Shown one piece after another: positions 51,433 to 64,000 of a stretch of 64,000 bases of DNA. The notes beneath the pieces were generated by a model that did no database searches, had not been told where the DNA came from, and saw only the letters and a program-made list of their open reading frames with translations. Made by a program: the position numbers and the translations under genes. The stretch covers positions 5,192,336 through 5,256,335 of the forward strand of contig NW_002060948.1 in assembly GCF_000150275.1 (NCBI RefSeq), read 5' to 3'. The stretch is from Trichoplax adhaerens. Taxonomy: Eukaryota > Animalia > Placozoa. Numbering within the stretch: position 1 is the stretch's first letter; each line of letters begins with the position of its first letter.

Positions 51433-54400
51433 TGAGGTCATGATCATCATACACTAATGAAGTTGATATGAGAAGACTTGTAGTAATGAGTATCCTCAAA
51501 TCTCCTCAAATAATTATCAAATTTTTAGTTTCCATGCTTTTGAATACTCATTCCTGATGGTAATGTTTTCTTCATGTTTCTCAATACTCTAATCAATGTC
51601 TGATTAAACAGATCTGATCTAATGTAGACGCTAGGAATACGTACAACATTCATATGATGTTAGGGCTCAAATGACGTTTTTATCGCTTATTTAGTCTAGC
51701 CTTGAATTAAGGTTCTTAGTTGTCTGTACAGTGCACTTTCAATCATTGTGACTTGGATAATAATATGGAATGCTGATTTGGATCTGAATTTTAAATGTTC
51801 ATTTTACAAGATTATTAATTTTTAGAAAGTAAACATAAACTTGCATTGGTGGAATTTATTCGATTATTGCATGTGTATGTGTAATTGAATTAAAATTTTA
51901 ATAAGCAACCGTTGCATCAAGGGTGGGCTTTTTCTTTGCAAAATCTGTTAGATTAGCCCATTCGTCACATCTTTCTATTTGGATTGATTACTTCCACTTT
52001 TAACTTTCAGAATATTAACACTTAAACGAAATGAAAATTTTGTCAGATCGATTCAGTATTTAATGAAATCAATATTTCTTACGTATGGCAATTTGAAAAG
52101 CAAACATTATCGATATTTAATTTAGTGCAACATATATTTAAAAAAAAAATCGTAAACATATTTTGCATCAAATTCTGCAAAGTCAGTCATAAGTAGGTAG
52201 CAGCGCTGTGTATAGGCTTGAACCATTAAAGAGCTTAATTCCAATCAATTAAACTACTAATCCTAATAGTAAAGCCTTCATATATTATAGTACGCGTATG
52301 TAAAGAGAAATCGGATTAGATTCTTACAAGAAAATGATAACTATTATTAAACGGTGATCATAAACTATTACTAATAATTTTGATTACCGCAGACGTTACT
52401 GACCATGCAGTTAGTAGACGATTTATAATTAAATCCATAGAAATTTCCCAAATTTAATTTCTTGATAAATTTAAATCCAATTCTTATTTTACCGCTTAAA
52501 GTGATAGCCATAATGCAATTATGTTTACAATATTAACAATCTAGTTCAACAACATGTATCTACCAATTATAGTGTAGATTATAAATCCAATTACAATGCA
52601 TTAATTTTTATAATATAAAAATATACAGTATTTACTTAAATTAGCCATATCATAGATGTGCAAAAGGTGAAGTTTACACAATGTTTTGCGAGTATGAGTA
52701 TCTAAACCTTTAATTTACAATGAAACTTGTCCTGTACGAAGCTGCAATATGAATATATGACCTCATTACAAATTTAAAATAATTTCCCAAGAAAAACATA
52801 TTGCAATTGATTATTATTCGTAATATGAAAAATCATTAAAACCAAGACTGTGGATAGTATACATACAAAAAATTACTCAGAAGTTATTTTTGAAAATAGA
52901 TCGTTCAACACTTACTTAGGGTACCTAGATACAGTAGCATTAAAATAGTAAAAGGACTATCATTGATTGTGTTTTATGATCCTGCATAGAAGTAAAGGAC
53001 TTGCAAAAGTGTCTGCAATTACGATGAATAGATTATTTTTCCATACAGTTAAAAATACGAGTGTATAAACATCAGTAGCAGGAACATCAGTAGGAGGTAA
53101 GAAAAAAATATTGGATTAATAATACTGACATCGAAATCTTGAAATTTTGAAGCTAGATATCTGTTCTATGTGACTGTTAAATCAACAACAGTGTCGATGT
53201 TAGCTTAAGATGATAAAAAATTTTTGAAAACTCTCCCTAATCTAGGAAAGTTTAAAAGTTAATTTTAATTTCCAATAATTAAACAATTCCACAGAATTTA
53301 CCAATTCGTGTATGACTTCTAACAAACATATCTTGACTTAAATTCAGTCTTAATGCGATTTGTTAAAAACACAGATCAGTTAGCAAGAGAAAAGAAGTAT
53401 TTGCAACTTTATTTTTACTCCAATGAAAGAAAAGTTCATGCCAATTTTATCTTGCTATTCTATATCTCGCCAATATATGGTCATACATCTAATGTCGTAG
53501 ATCAGTTGCTTGTGTTTTCGATGGTCCTGAATTTATGTAGGTATTACAGTCGTTTGGCAGAAACTTAATGCAATCAAACAAGCTAAGCTATACCTTAGGT
53601 ACATTATAAAACTGTATACAATCCCAAAGATTGGCCAGATCAGAGAGATTTTAATGACGATCATTTTTACTAACTCTAACCTCTAGTTCTAGAAGCAGAA
53701 ACCTTAATTTGCAGCTTGATAAATACTTGTAAAACAAGGTACAGCTTTGGAATGTTGGATTTTTAACGTTATCTCGCCAAGCAAGATGGAATACAAGACT
53801 CTAGATTAGTGATGCCTTTATATATAACATATCTGTTTACCCTTAAATGAATACGTTATAAATAAATGATAGACTCATTTACATAGCGAAGAAATTTCTT
53901 TTAAATTAAAATAGAGAAGCAAATTGTTGATAGATTAATTAATCAATCAATCAACAACGCTGTCTTTGGTATTATAATTTAATTACCAATCACCTAATGC
54001 AATTAGGCTTCGTAGGAATTGAATTTATAGATAATATTGAATATTAGCAATATGCAAACATGATTACTCAAACATAAATTCGGGTCCAGGAATAACGGTT
54101 GAACTTAATAGGATAGCCAATCCATCGTTCTAACTTACTCCTTATTTATTAATTATAAATAAAGTATGCTGTATGGTAATGCTAGAAATTAAATACAATG
54201 CTGGCATATGGAGTGAATTCGCAGAGAGTGATCAATATGTGGACAGATCTGGAATTTGCTATATCATCTTAGTTAAAATTGTAAGCGCCATTTTTATTGC
54301 AATGATCGATGAACTTTAATTACATGATATCTATTAGAAACCTTGAGTCTATATTAAATTAATTACTGGCTCCCAATAAATAGCATATTGGCATTTGTTG

Positions 54401-55324
54401 TTAACGGGTAACTGCGATCGACACAAACTAGACTAAAAACAAACGGAAATGAAAGGGACGTTACGAGATATTCTGAAGCTTTATACGAGTATGGCGGCTA
54501 CGATATAACTTTGCCATTATATCATAATGTTAAGTTTAAGATCGAGGTAATATAGATAATATTGATCAAATCATCAGCTCCATACAGATTAATGTAATAA
54601 TTTGTTCTAGCACTAGCAAACATCTGTTTGCTTCAATTATACAGTAAAAGCCAAGTTAATTGCATCATGAAAAAATTTCTCAGCCCAAATATACTAAAAA
54701 AATTCTCTATTTCTAAGCGGTTTCTTGCTCAGAATACCAGTCCATTCATTATTTTAATGCTATACCTATTACGCATTATATCGCAACACCAGGTCAATCA
54801 CCATAGACAAGGTTAGACACATCAAAGCAGCCTTCAACACAAAATCTATTTTATTGCTGGATTGCCTTTCCTGATATAAAACTGCATGTACGTATACGCT
54901 AATATACATGAATTAAATTCAGAGTCATCTATCAAGCATGATTTTCGTGTTATAAATTTATGTGCATGTACCATATGAAATGTAGCACTATTCAGAATCA
55001 ACTGTTATGCTCCCCAATTTGCGTAATGGGCTGTAAACTAGATATTTAATCAAGGCATGGAAAATTTTTGTACCGCAATAACAAGGGGCTCTGGAATTAT
55101 TTAAAATCTGTTGGCGTTATTCCAGTGCGGTTGGCTTTGCATTTGGGCTAAGGCTATACAGTGGTGTACATCAAATTAGATCTCTAAATTCTTCTCGAGA
55201 CTAAGAAGTCCTTAAAATCGAAAATTCTTGCATTAGAAAAGTCTCTTTTGTAACGATTAAAATTTCTAGCGTCGGAACTAAGTTAGCTACATTCAATCAT
55301 CTGCATCTAAACTTCTTTATGTTA

Positions 55325-55610
55325 ACAATCTGTTGGAGTTAGGTGTCACCAATGATGAAGCATCTTAGCTCTTAATGATTGCTTATAACTACCTTATTTC
55401 AGAAGCTAGCTAACTGCAACCTTTATAAATATTTTGATAGCAAGAACTTTTCCACTTAATGTGCTAACGATTTTTATGTTGGAGTTAGATGCCAGCAACG
55501 GAGAAGTGTCTTAGCTCTTAATGATTGCTTACAGCTTTCAGCGTTATTTTAGGAGCTAGCTAATAGCAACTATTGTAAAAGATTTTAATGCAAGGATTTT
55601 CTATTTAAGA
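55325..55610. repeat. Degenerate tandem duplication, period about 145 bp
   Basis: tgttggagttag...tcttagctcttaatgattgctta...gctagctaa occurs near 55331 and 55477. Confidence 0.75.
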
Positions 55611-55671
55611 AGATTTTGGTGTGAATAAAATTAAAAATCTAATTTCATGTATACCATTAAAGTCTTCACTC

Positions 55672-56315
55672 GATTTCAGATTTTAAACTAGCTTGCGTAG
55701 ATAGTTATTCCATCATCAAGCCATCTTAAAATGGAGTATCATTGTTGATTTAAATTGCCCTCCTTTTGTACGCAGCTGCATTCAATACCGTTGTTGTGTT
55801 AACTTGATTTCAGATTTTAAGCAATCTTGGGCATGTAGTTATTCCATCATTTAGCCATCGCGATATGGAGCACCATTATCGATTTAAATCGCCTTTATTT
55901 TTGCATGCAGCTACCTCAAATACCGTTATAGTATTAACTTGATTTCAGATTTAAACTATTTTGCGCATGTAGCTATTCCGTCATTTAGCAATCGCAAAAT
56001 AGAGCATCGTTATCGATTAAAAATATTTTTCTTTTAGTATACAGCTGCCTCAGATACCGTTTTGGCATTAACTTAATTTCAGATTGTAAACTATTTTGCA
56101 CATATGGTTATTCCATCATTTAGTCATCATAAAATGGAGCACCATTATCGATTGAAATTACCTTTTTGTATACAGCTGCCTCAGATACCGTTATAGTATT
56201 AACTTAATATCAGATTTTAAACTATCTTGCATATGTAGTTGTTCCATCATTTAGCAATCTTAAAATGGAGAACCATTTTCGATTTAAATTCCATTTCTTT
56301 TATGCAGCTCAAATA
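55672..56315. repeat. Degenerate tandem repeat, about 134-bp unit, about 5 copies
   Basis: atttcagatttt.aaacta...ttattccatcatttag...aaaatggagca...gcagctgc recurs near 55672, 55806, 55941, 56075 and 56206. Confidence 0.9.
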
Positions 56316-56640
56316 CCCTGCAGCAACATAGACATTCATGTTTATCAATCCAAAATTAATAGAAATAACAGTGTAGAGTATATCATGTCTCAAAATTTAT
56401 TAAGTAGTCAGTATATCAATTCTTAGTCAATAGCATCGCAATGTAATTGCTACATGATTGGCTAGTCCGTAGTCTCCCCTTGCATTAATTATATGGGCTG
56501 ATAGAGCAGATAGCCTATCTTGCTGTATAACTACTCATTCAGTATATCGCGCATAGTAATAAATTAAGCAAATAGTAGATAAAGATATAATGCAAGGGGA
56601 CTATAGCTGAAAGGGAATCATGCGCGTTCGATCGTCCGTT

Positions 56641-56654
56641 GTGACCATAGCAAC
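56641..56654. promoter_or_regulatory. RFX X-box upstream of LRRC23
   Basis: GTGACCATAGCAAC (reverse GTTGCTATGGTCAC) closely matches the RFX site GTTGCCATGGNAAC, 174-187 nt upstream of the ATG. Confidence 0.65.
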
Positions 56655-56827
56655 CGCGGTTACTAAGTATTTCATTATAAACAGTTACAGTAAGAGAACT
56701 GTTCTACTCCATCTATACGATTATAGGAAAGTTCGACGCCTTTAATATCCAATTGCGTTGGCTTTCGATCTTGTTGTGCCGATTTTTTTACGATATTTTC
56801 AGCCGGAGTAATTTAGTTCACAAGAAC

Positions 56828-59784
56828 ATGTCTGACTATTCGGATTATGATGGTGAAGACGATAATATAGATATCGACAATGATATTATTGAACAAGACG
56901 GGGAAGACAACTTAGAGGTCGGTAAATAATGTAGGAAAGTAGCCTTGAGACCTCTTGAAGGTTATAAGCTGTCCATTTACAAATTGCGATAGACGTAGAT
57001 AAAATGGAATCTGCAAATATATTCAATTTATGCTTTGAAACTGTCTTCATAGCGGCGTGCATATCAGGCTCTAAATCAGAGTTTAGATCTCAGATAATTA
57101 TTACTGAATATTGTAATTGAATAATCGTGGAATATAAATTGATAAAATGTAGCGCTGGCATAAGTGGTAGCAAAGTAAGTACCGTATATGATCATAATAT
57201 ATAAGCGAGAGAATATGTAATTTATGAAGTTTCTTAAAGATCATCTCATATTTGAATTTGTGACAGCTAAAGCTTGAATAATTAGCCTGTTGTAATCACC
57301 TGATATAAATACTAATCATTTCACTTTTAGTATAATGTCACCAAAATGTACAATATTCAAAAACGATATGACTGGTATAAGCGATTACTATGATTTCATG
57401 AGTAGCTATCAAAAAGATGCATAAACTCTAAACAGCATGGCAATATCAATAAAATCTTTATAACGCTTTTTTAGTATGCAAGTAAATTGGACTATACAGG
57501 TTTCATTCTTTTACTAAACTGCTATATGATAAATCTCTATCGATGCGTCACAACACAAATATTGGATAAAATTATCGCAATGCTATCATGTAATGAATAG
57601 ATTGCAACAGCTATCTGGATTGCCATTGCTACCTAATTTTTTACTTGATATCTGTACAATATTCTTAAATTGCAGCTTTACGGCATAATATCAGTTATTA
57701 TTGCTAAAATTTCGTCTACTACATTATCTTTCTGCTTTAGAATGTAACAGAAAACTCACTGAATGATGAAAATATCCGCGAAGGATTGTCACTGTTATGC
57801 AAAACTGGCAATGGAATATCCCATGCATATGTTCGATTAGATGTGCATGACAAGTATGGATCTTATATTACCAATACTCTATATAGCACACAATTACATC
57901 AATACATGCGTTTAAGTTAAACATCGTGCAATCTTATTTCCATAGAAATTTAACGGATATAAATAAAATAAGCAACTTTATCCATCTACGCTACTTGGTA
58001 AGTGGTTTCATTTGATACGCAATACATACTAAAATCATCAGAAGATAGATCATTATAAAAATCTGAAATATAATTCTGACTGAAATAGAATCATAATTAA
58101 TACACAAATAAGTAAAAGTTTTTATCATATTCTAAAAGAATCCTAAGGAATTCGTTGCAGTAAACTGCTTGAATAGTACCGATAGTAATATCAAACAACT
58201 AGCTATTGCATATCAGGAAGTTCACTATCTGATCTTCTGCTGCTACTTAATATTTCTGTATTTATCATTATTTTAGCCAAATTTAGTAAATAACCTAAGA
58301 TTTTTGGCATAGCCAAGAGCAATTATTCTGACTGTATATCGAATGATAGTGCAAAAACAGTAAAGTTTTGTATTCACTAAATGTACACAATTATATATAT
58401 TCATATATGGTAATGTAGTAACGTCTGTCATTAAACACACATGAGATAGCTCAACATATACATTTCGATTACAAAGTTTATCGGGTTTATGAATATCCAT
58501 TAAAGAAAAATTTTTAAATGGATTACTTCTATGACTATAGGATATTTCCGGAAATAACTTGAAGGATATTTCGCCACTAAATCATTTAACTCATCTGCTT
58601 ACTTTGAAAGCAGATCGAAATCTACTAACATCTGCTCGTCTTGAAGAGGTTTATTTCATTGATTTGCTTTAATTCGTAACAACAGGTCCACCTTTTGATA
58701 TATTTGAGGTTTGACATTTTAATTTTTTATGATAGCTCCCCTACTTACAAAGTGCGAGCTTTGCTCATAATGCTATTACGTCGACAGAAGGAATTAGTCA
58801 TCCGCTTCTAGAATCGCTAATCTTATCATGTATGTATGAAATAGCATAATTTTGAGCAAAACGTATTAGCTAAGATTTAAAGAAGTCTTGCATTAACAAT
58901 TGTTGGCGTTTTCTTTCTCTAGTCAATAATATTGTAGATGTTCGTGGACTTGATCAGCAAAAACTAGCTAAACTTCAGACATTAGAATTAAGAGCCAATA
59001 AATTAACATCTGTAGAACATCTAACATTGCCAAAACTAAAGAATCTATATTTGGTAATTATGATTGCTTTAACAAGCACTAAATAGATCATATTCTCAAA
59101 TCGTCAATAGCCTCGATTAATTTGAGTACTCGTGCATAATATCCTATTATTAGGCTGCCAATTTGATTGATAACTTGAATGGAATCGATAAACTGGTACA
59201 ATTACGAACTCTCCACATGCGCGATAATGCGATTAAATCTTTAGATGGATTTACGGATAACATGAAACATTTGCAATATATTAATTTACGGTAGGTTATT
59301 TATACATAATTGAGTTTTTTAACATAGGTACAGTAGAAGTGATTTTAATATTATAACAGCTAAATTATATTGTAAAATGTCTCATTTTAACTATATATTT
59401 CAGTGGAACCAATATAGACGATATTAAAGAAGTCTCCAAATTAAAATGTCTACCACTTTTACGTGCAGTTGTACTATCAGGTAACGTTCGGAAAATGTGG
59501 TACTTTTGAGAAATAGGGGCCAATTATCACGGTACTCAAGTAACTTATCTGATGTTTAATAACTAAAGATACTTTACTATAAATTTCTAGAAAGTCCTGT
59601 TGCAGATGAGAATGATTATCGTATCGAGATTTTAATTGCGCTACGACGCTTGGAAAGGCTGGATAAAGAAGAATATAACGAAGATGAAAGACAAGAAGCA
59701 GAGGAAATTAACGAACAACGACGTCAAGAAGAGCAATTGCAAAAAGGGGCTGAAGAAGTGATACAATCAGATGAGGAATCTTAA
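56828..59784 (+). CDS. LRRC23: Leucine-rich repeat-containing protein 23 (axonemal radial-spoke-associated), multi-exon
   Basis: An acidic N-terminus MSDYSDYDGEDD is followed by EGLSLLCKTGNGISHAYVRLDV and FIHLRYL|DISGNNLKDISPLNHLTHLLTLKADRN. Further SDS22-type LRRs (LQTLELRANKL, LRTLHMRDNAIKSLDGF) lead to the LRRcap PVADENDYRIEILIALRRLERLDKEEYNEDERQEA. Stop is TAA at 59782-59784. Confidence 0.93.
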
Positions 59785-62700
59785 ATGACTGCTAAAAGTT
59801 TCAATTCCTGAATATTATACCAAAAATGTAATCGTTATTGCTGGTAATCCTGCTAGCACCTGAACCGCCTAACCTTAACTCAATTTTCTATAAATAATTG
59901 TAGACAATGTAATTAAAATAATTTAAGGATACTTTCTCCAATTCTAACGTTATTTCTAACAAAGATATGGAAGATTGTAGGAGAAAAACACTACGGGACT
60001 TCATATCAGTTATACCATATATCTATGGAAAAGACAATGCATTAAATCACTCTAATTCAAGATTGCGTATTGTAATTTAGCTTCAATGTAATTTATGTGT
60101 AGTCGATGATGGTTATATTTTATTTTCCATTTGCAATCACTGTTTGAAAAAATTTCCATTGTTTGCTTGAGTGAATTGCCATCTATCGTTTTAAACAATA
60201 CTTTAAAGTGTAATATATTGCCGTTCTTCTTCGTTTTAAGAATATTCATGAATTAGTATATTGGTTTACTATCTTGGCTTATAATAGTCTATGCAATCAA
60301 TAGACCAATCTTGTGTTACATATCAGAGCAAAAGCCAATTAAAATAGCCAATAAGTTGAATAAAATTATGTTTCACCACTCATTCTTGACTAAGTGCTCT
60401 TCATTACTTCATAATTTTGACGTAGTCCTTTCTTTATCCTCATTTGTAGCTTAATATCTCAAATGAATGCAGTTCCGTATTCATCCATACCCTCTCCACT
60501 ATAGGATATGCATATTCTAATACAATCTTGAAGGAAATTTGTGATAATTAATTACTCTATACATTCAAAAATCAGATGATAAACTATCGGTGTGCACGTA
60601 TAAAGTATACGCTATGTTAGCAAATGAACATATCGGAGCAGCTAATCAGCTTTTTAGTAATTGGATAATTTACCTGGCGTCTGATGATTTATTAATATCC
60701 TATAATATATAATGGCTGATATAATTTAAATTGCTACTTAGATTCATTGGTATGCATATGCTATAAAGAATTGAGCCAAATTTAACACTGCCGTATTAGT
60801 TCATTGATGATGGTAGAATAATCCTCCATTTATGATAACTTTCTTTACGATCATAACATTAAAGCAAAAGCTAAAAGCTTCATTATTTAAAATTATACTG
60901 CTAAGTAGATTAGTTATAGCAAAATATTTCCTTCTGCTAGTAATATAATGACTATATCTTACCGAAGAGCATTATGCTGATTTACAGCAATTATCGTTGC
61001 AGGAGATTAATGTACTACGTACCACCAGATAGATTTTTAGCTGTCTTAGCTAATCGTGATCATCCTATATCATGGAGTATCTAGAAAGTAAAACAGAAAT
61101 ATGCATAGTTAGCAAACTTGTGCGTTTGCTCATATTAATGATTCTGAAAATATTGTGAGTCATTTTTTATTTAAATACATCCGCAAGTTATAAATATTTC
61201 ATCTTATATTTTTTTAGATGTTGTATGATAGAGTACCCGTACCAGTATCAAAATAAAACTTTATTTATGGTATTTTTCAATGTAAATCGAAGATTTCATT
61301 TTGCGGTAGAGAATTATGCAAATCATTAAAGTTTTAAGATGTACTTATTTTGTATAATTAAACTGCACGAAATCATACATAAACCATCAAAGTCTTTCAG
61401 CATTGCAGCATCTGAATCCAGTCAGCTTAGCTAGTGAAGGTACTCTTAGATCAATAGACACTTCAAATTTAAATTATATTCATTATTTCTAAACATGAAA
61501 GTAGACAATTTTGAATCATCTGAACGACCAAGGTACTCTGATAAAAAAATTTAGATCAAATATCTGTGAAATTAAGAATGTAAAATTGAGCAGAATGCTA
61601 ATATTATTATCATCCGTCATTTTTTCGAATAGAGAAGCATATGAAAACATTTTATCGATTACCAATACTGATTTGTTTATAATTTAAAGTATAACCAAGT
61701 CTGCTTCGATTATCTCGAGGATAGAAGCAGTTTATCAGCACTTCTCAATGGAACTTCCAGCAAGCGAAACTAGCTTATAATAAAATATGAATTCGAGTTT
61801 AAGATCTTATTTCCAGATTCTGGATCAAATTTTTGTTCTGCAATAGCGAATATAGTTAATTATACCGATTTTAAGATTATCAAGCTTGCTCAAAGTACAT
61901 TTAAATTCGGTAGATAACGTAGCATTTAAATATCGTTTAAATTTTTTATCGAATGGACTGCAATCTTACCCTTTCTGAGTAAATTCATAGCAATTCCAAT
62001 TTAAATTATCCATTACGTTAATGGTGTATCAGTACTCTTGCATTAAATTATTAACAAGATGATTGCCATTTCCTACTTCGAAATTCAGAGAAATTGTTAG
62101 TCTCTATTGAAAATGAAAGCAATATGCCTATGTAGAATTTATAAATCGTAAGGGATTTACATAAAGATATAGAAGTTTAAGAGATAACGTCAATATTTCC
62201 TAGGAATTGTGTAAATCAGAAGTAGTAATAGGTACCTAGTAGCAGTTATTCTATTTTTACGCAAGAAAATAATGCATAAGTAATGATATTTTAGATAAAA
62301 AACTAACAAGTATATCTATTATTATATGATTATTTTAATTTTTGCTATGCTTATGACATAGATTTAATCCTGTATGATCATTTCCAATTAAAAATTATTA
62401 AGGAGTCTATCGGATATTACGTTGATAATATATATGACGTGGATTAAATTAATAAATTATTTATCCTTGCAAACAACTAGTTAATATATTACTTGTAAGA
62501 TCAACAAGGTTTATCGGAATTCTACGTATTAAGAAACGACGAGAAAGCAATGGGTTTCGGTAGTCTTAATAGACTTCTTTATTTTAATAATGATCATGTT
62601 AATAATTATTGTATTAAATGTTAGATAAATCCAAGATGTTGCCAATAATACATACAATAACCCATCTATATCCTATTTAAAGGATATTTATAGTAAATTA

Positions 62701-64000
62701 ATAATGAAATTCGGATATCGTTAATAGGCATTCCGTTTTATTAAAATCAGTTACATATATACTATAATATAAGCCTAAGAAGTAGCTTTTCGCATACTTG
62801 TATAATACTACTACAGAAATATTTGCATCATAGCGATCACTATTATCGAAGTCATTTTATGTATTAAATTTATGCAACGATGGTCTATATAATTAATTGT
62901 GATACTAAACTGCCAATTTCGGTGGTAGCTTAAAAATTTGGGCATAAATTTTGGTAATCATCTCTGTAAAGTCTTTACAGATCACACATCTTACGATTTC
63001 TTTTGTCAAATATGATGTAAATAATATCTGTCGGATAATAGGCGTAATGAATTATTTCATAAAGAAAATGTAATATACAGTACAATGGTGCTAATGTCTT
63101 AATAGGCGTATTTTATGTTGTAGCAGATCATTAAATTTAACTGATTATGGTTAGATAGTGCTTGTTATTGATTAAACGACAGATAGACATGATTACATCC
63201 TGTGCTTATCTATAAACGATATGGAAAGATTTTACCTTCAACGGCTCTTAGTATCCTCTACTTTTCTAAAGAGCACTAAATATGATCTTGAGCTTAGTCA
63301 ATATGCACAAAATCTAAATGATTTAATGATCATGATCCGATATTGATTACTAGAATGATTTATACTTAACTTTGTAAGATGCTACTTCTTGCATGCTCGT
63401 AGTACTATTATTATACAAGCCTTAATAAATGGCGCTTTAGAAGTCTTTTCAATTTCTACCCGCAATGAAATAATAGCTATAACGTCAAAATATATTAGTA
63501 TTTCTACAATACTACAAAAAAATTATTAAGGCTGCATCAGTTTTGATAGTTAATTAAATCCTATAAAGAGCGATATTTTCTAGAATTTTTCCTTGATGAT
63601 TTTTAAGTTGATCGATTAATTTACTCTCAATTTCTTCTACTTTCAGCATTAATTTTTTATTATTCTTTGTATAATCGCGATCTTGCTAACTTATGAGAGG
63701 CAATAATAGTCATAATTGTATCTTAGGCAAGATCACAGCATAAGATTAGCAGTCAATACAGTGAATTTTCCTAACACTTTGTGTGACTATAGCCATATAG
63801 AATGGCTATATCTATAACATCAATGTATAAGATCTTTGATCATTGATGCTGACATAATGTTATTTTCATTTATTGTATAACATACGATAAATTTATATGT
63901 ATGAAGAATCGAAGCGTGTACACTATATAATGATGGCAATTTGAAACATAAAAGAAAGACCTTTTATTCCTTTTAGCTGTAATCTATTATTAAGATTAAC

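Noticed and set aside
51429-51450. CTGATGAG at the Nudix stop as a hammerhead core, or TGA-TGA as selenocysteine codons
   Set aside because: No downstream GAAA core with the required stems, no SECIS noticed, and the protein ends where family members end.
55672-56315. Possible decayed leucine-rich-repeat coding origin of the 134-bp repeat (- strand)
   Set aside because: Only vague peptide resemblance, frequent stops, and a period not divisible by 3.
60000-64000. AT-rich tail with some coding-like patches (about 61.4-61.9 kb)
   Set aside because: Frequent stops in all frames and no recognisable homology, so a pseudogene call cannot be supported.

Overview
AT-rich eukaryotic genomic DNA with compact genes and many short (about 60-150 nt) GT-AG introns. 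The style and gene content suggest a non-bilaterian animal such as a placozoan (Trichoplax-like); this is an inference. The ORF track only catches exon fragments, so genes were rebuilt by hand from splice signals and protein motifs, and family assignments rest on recalled motifs, not database searches. Order: CEP104 (+), tRNA-Lys(CTT) (-), brambleberry/KAR5/GEX1 nuclear-fusion protein (+), a divergent adhesion GPCR with an intact GPS site (-, crossed by a 50-N gap), a possible small membrane-protein ORF (+), two hairpin-containing tandem repeats, TBC1D24 (+), an intronless iodothyronine-deiodinase-family selenoprotein (-), SPAG7 (+), a C8orf33/UPF0488 homologue (-), a DUF4743-Nudix hydrolase (+) and LRRC23 (+). 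The best-supported hidden system is the deiodinase. The ORF track splits it in two at an in-frame TGA (38583-38670 holds a well-formed SECIS hairpin in its 3' UTR), and its active-site motif is the unusual SYT-U-PPFR. Both ciliary genes have X-box-like palindromes upstream. Regions 1-1.6 kb, 17.5-20 kb, 27-33 kb, 51.5-56.5 kb and 60-64 kb gave no supportable gene calls apart from repeats and the small ORF.
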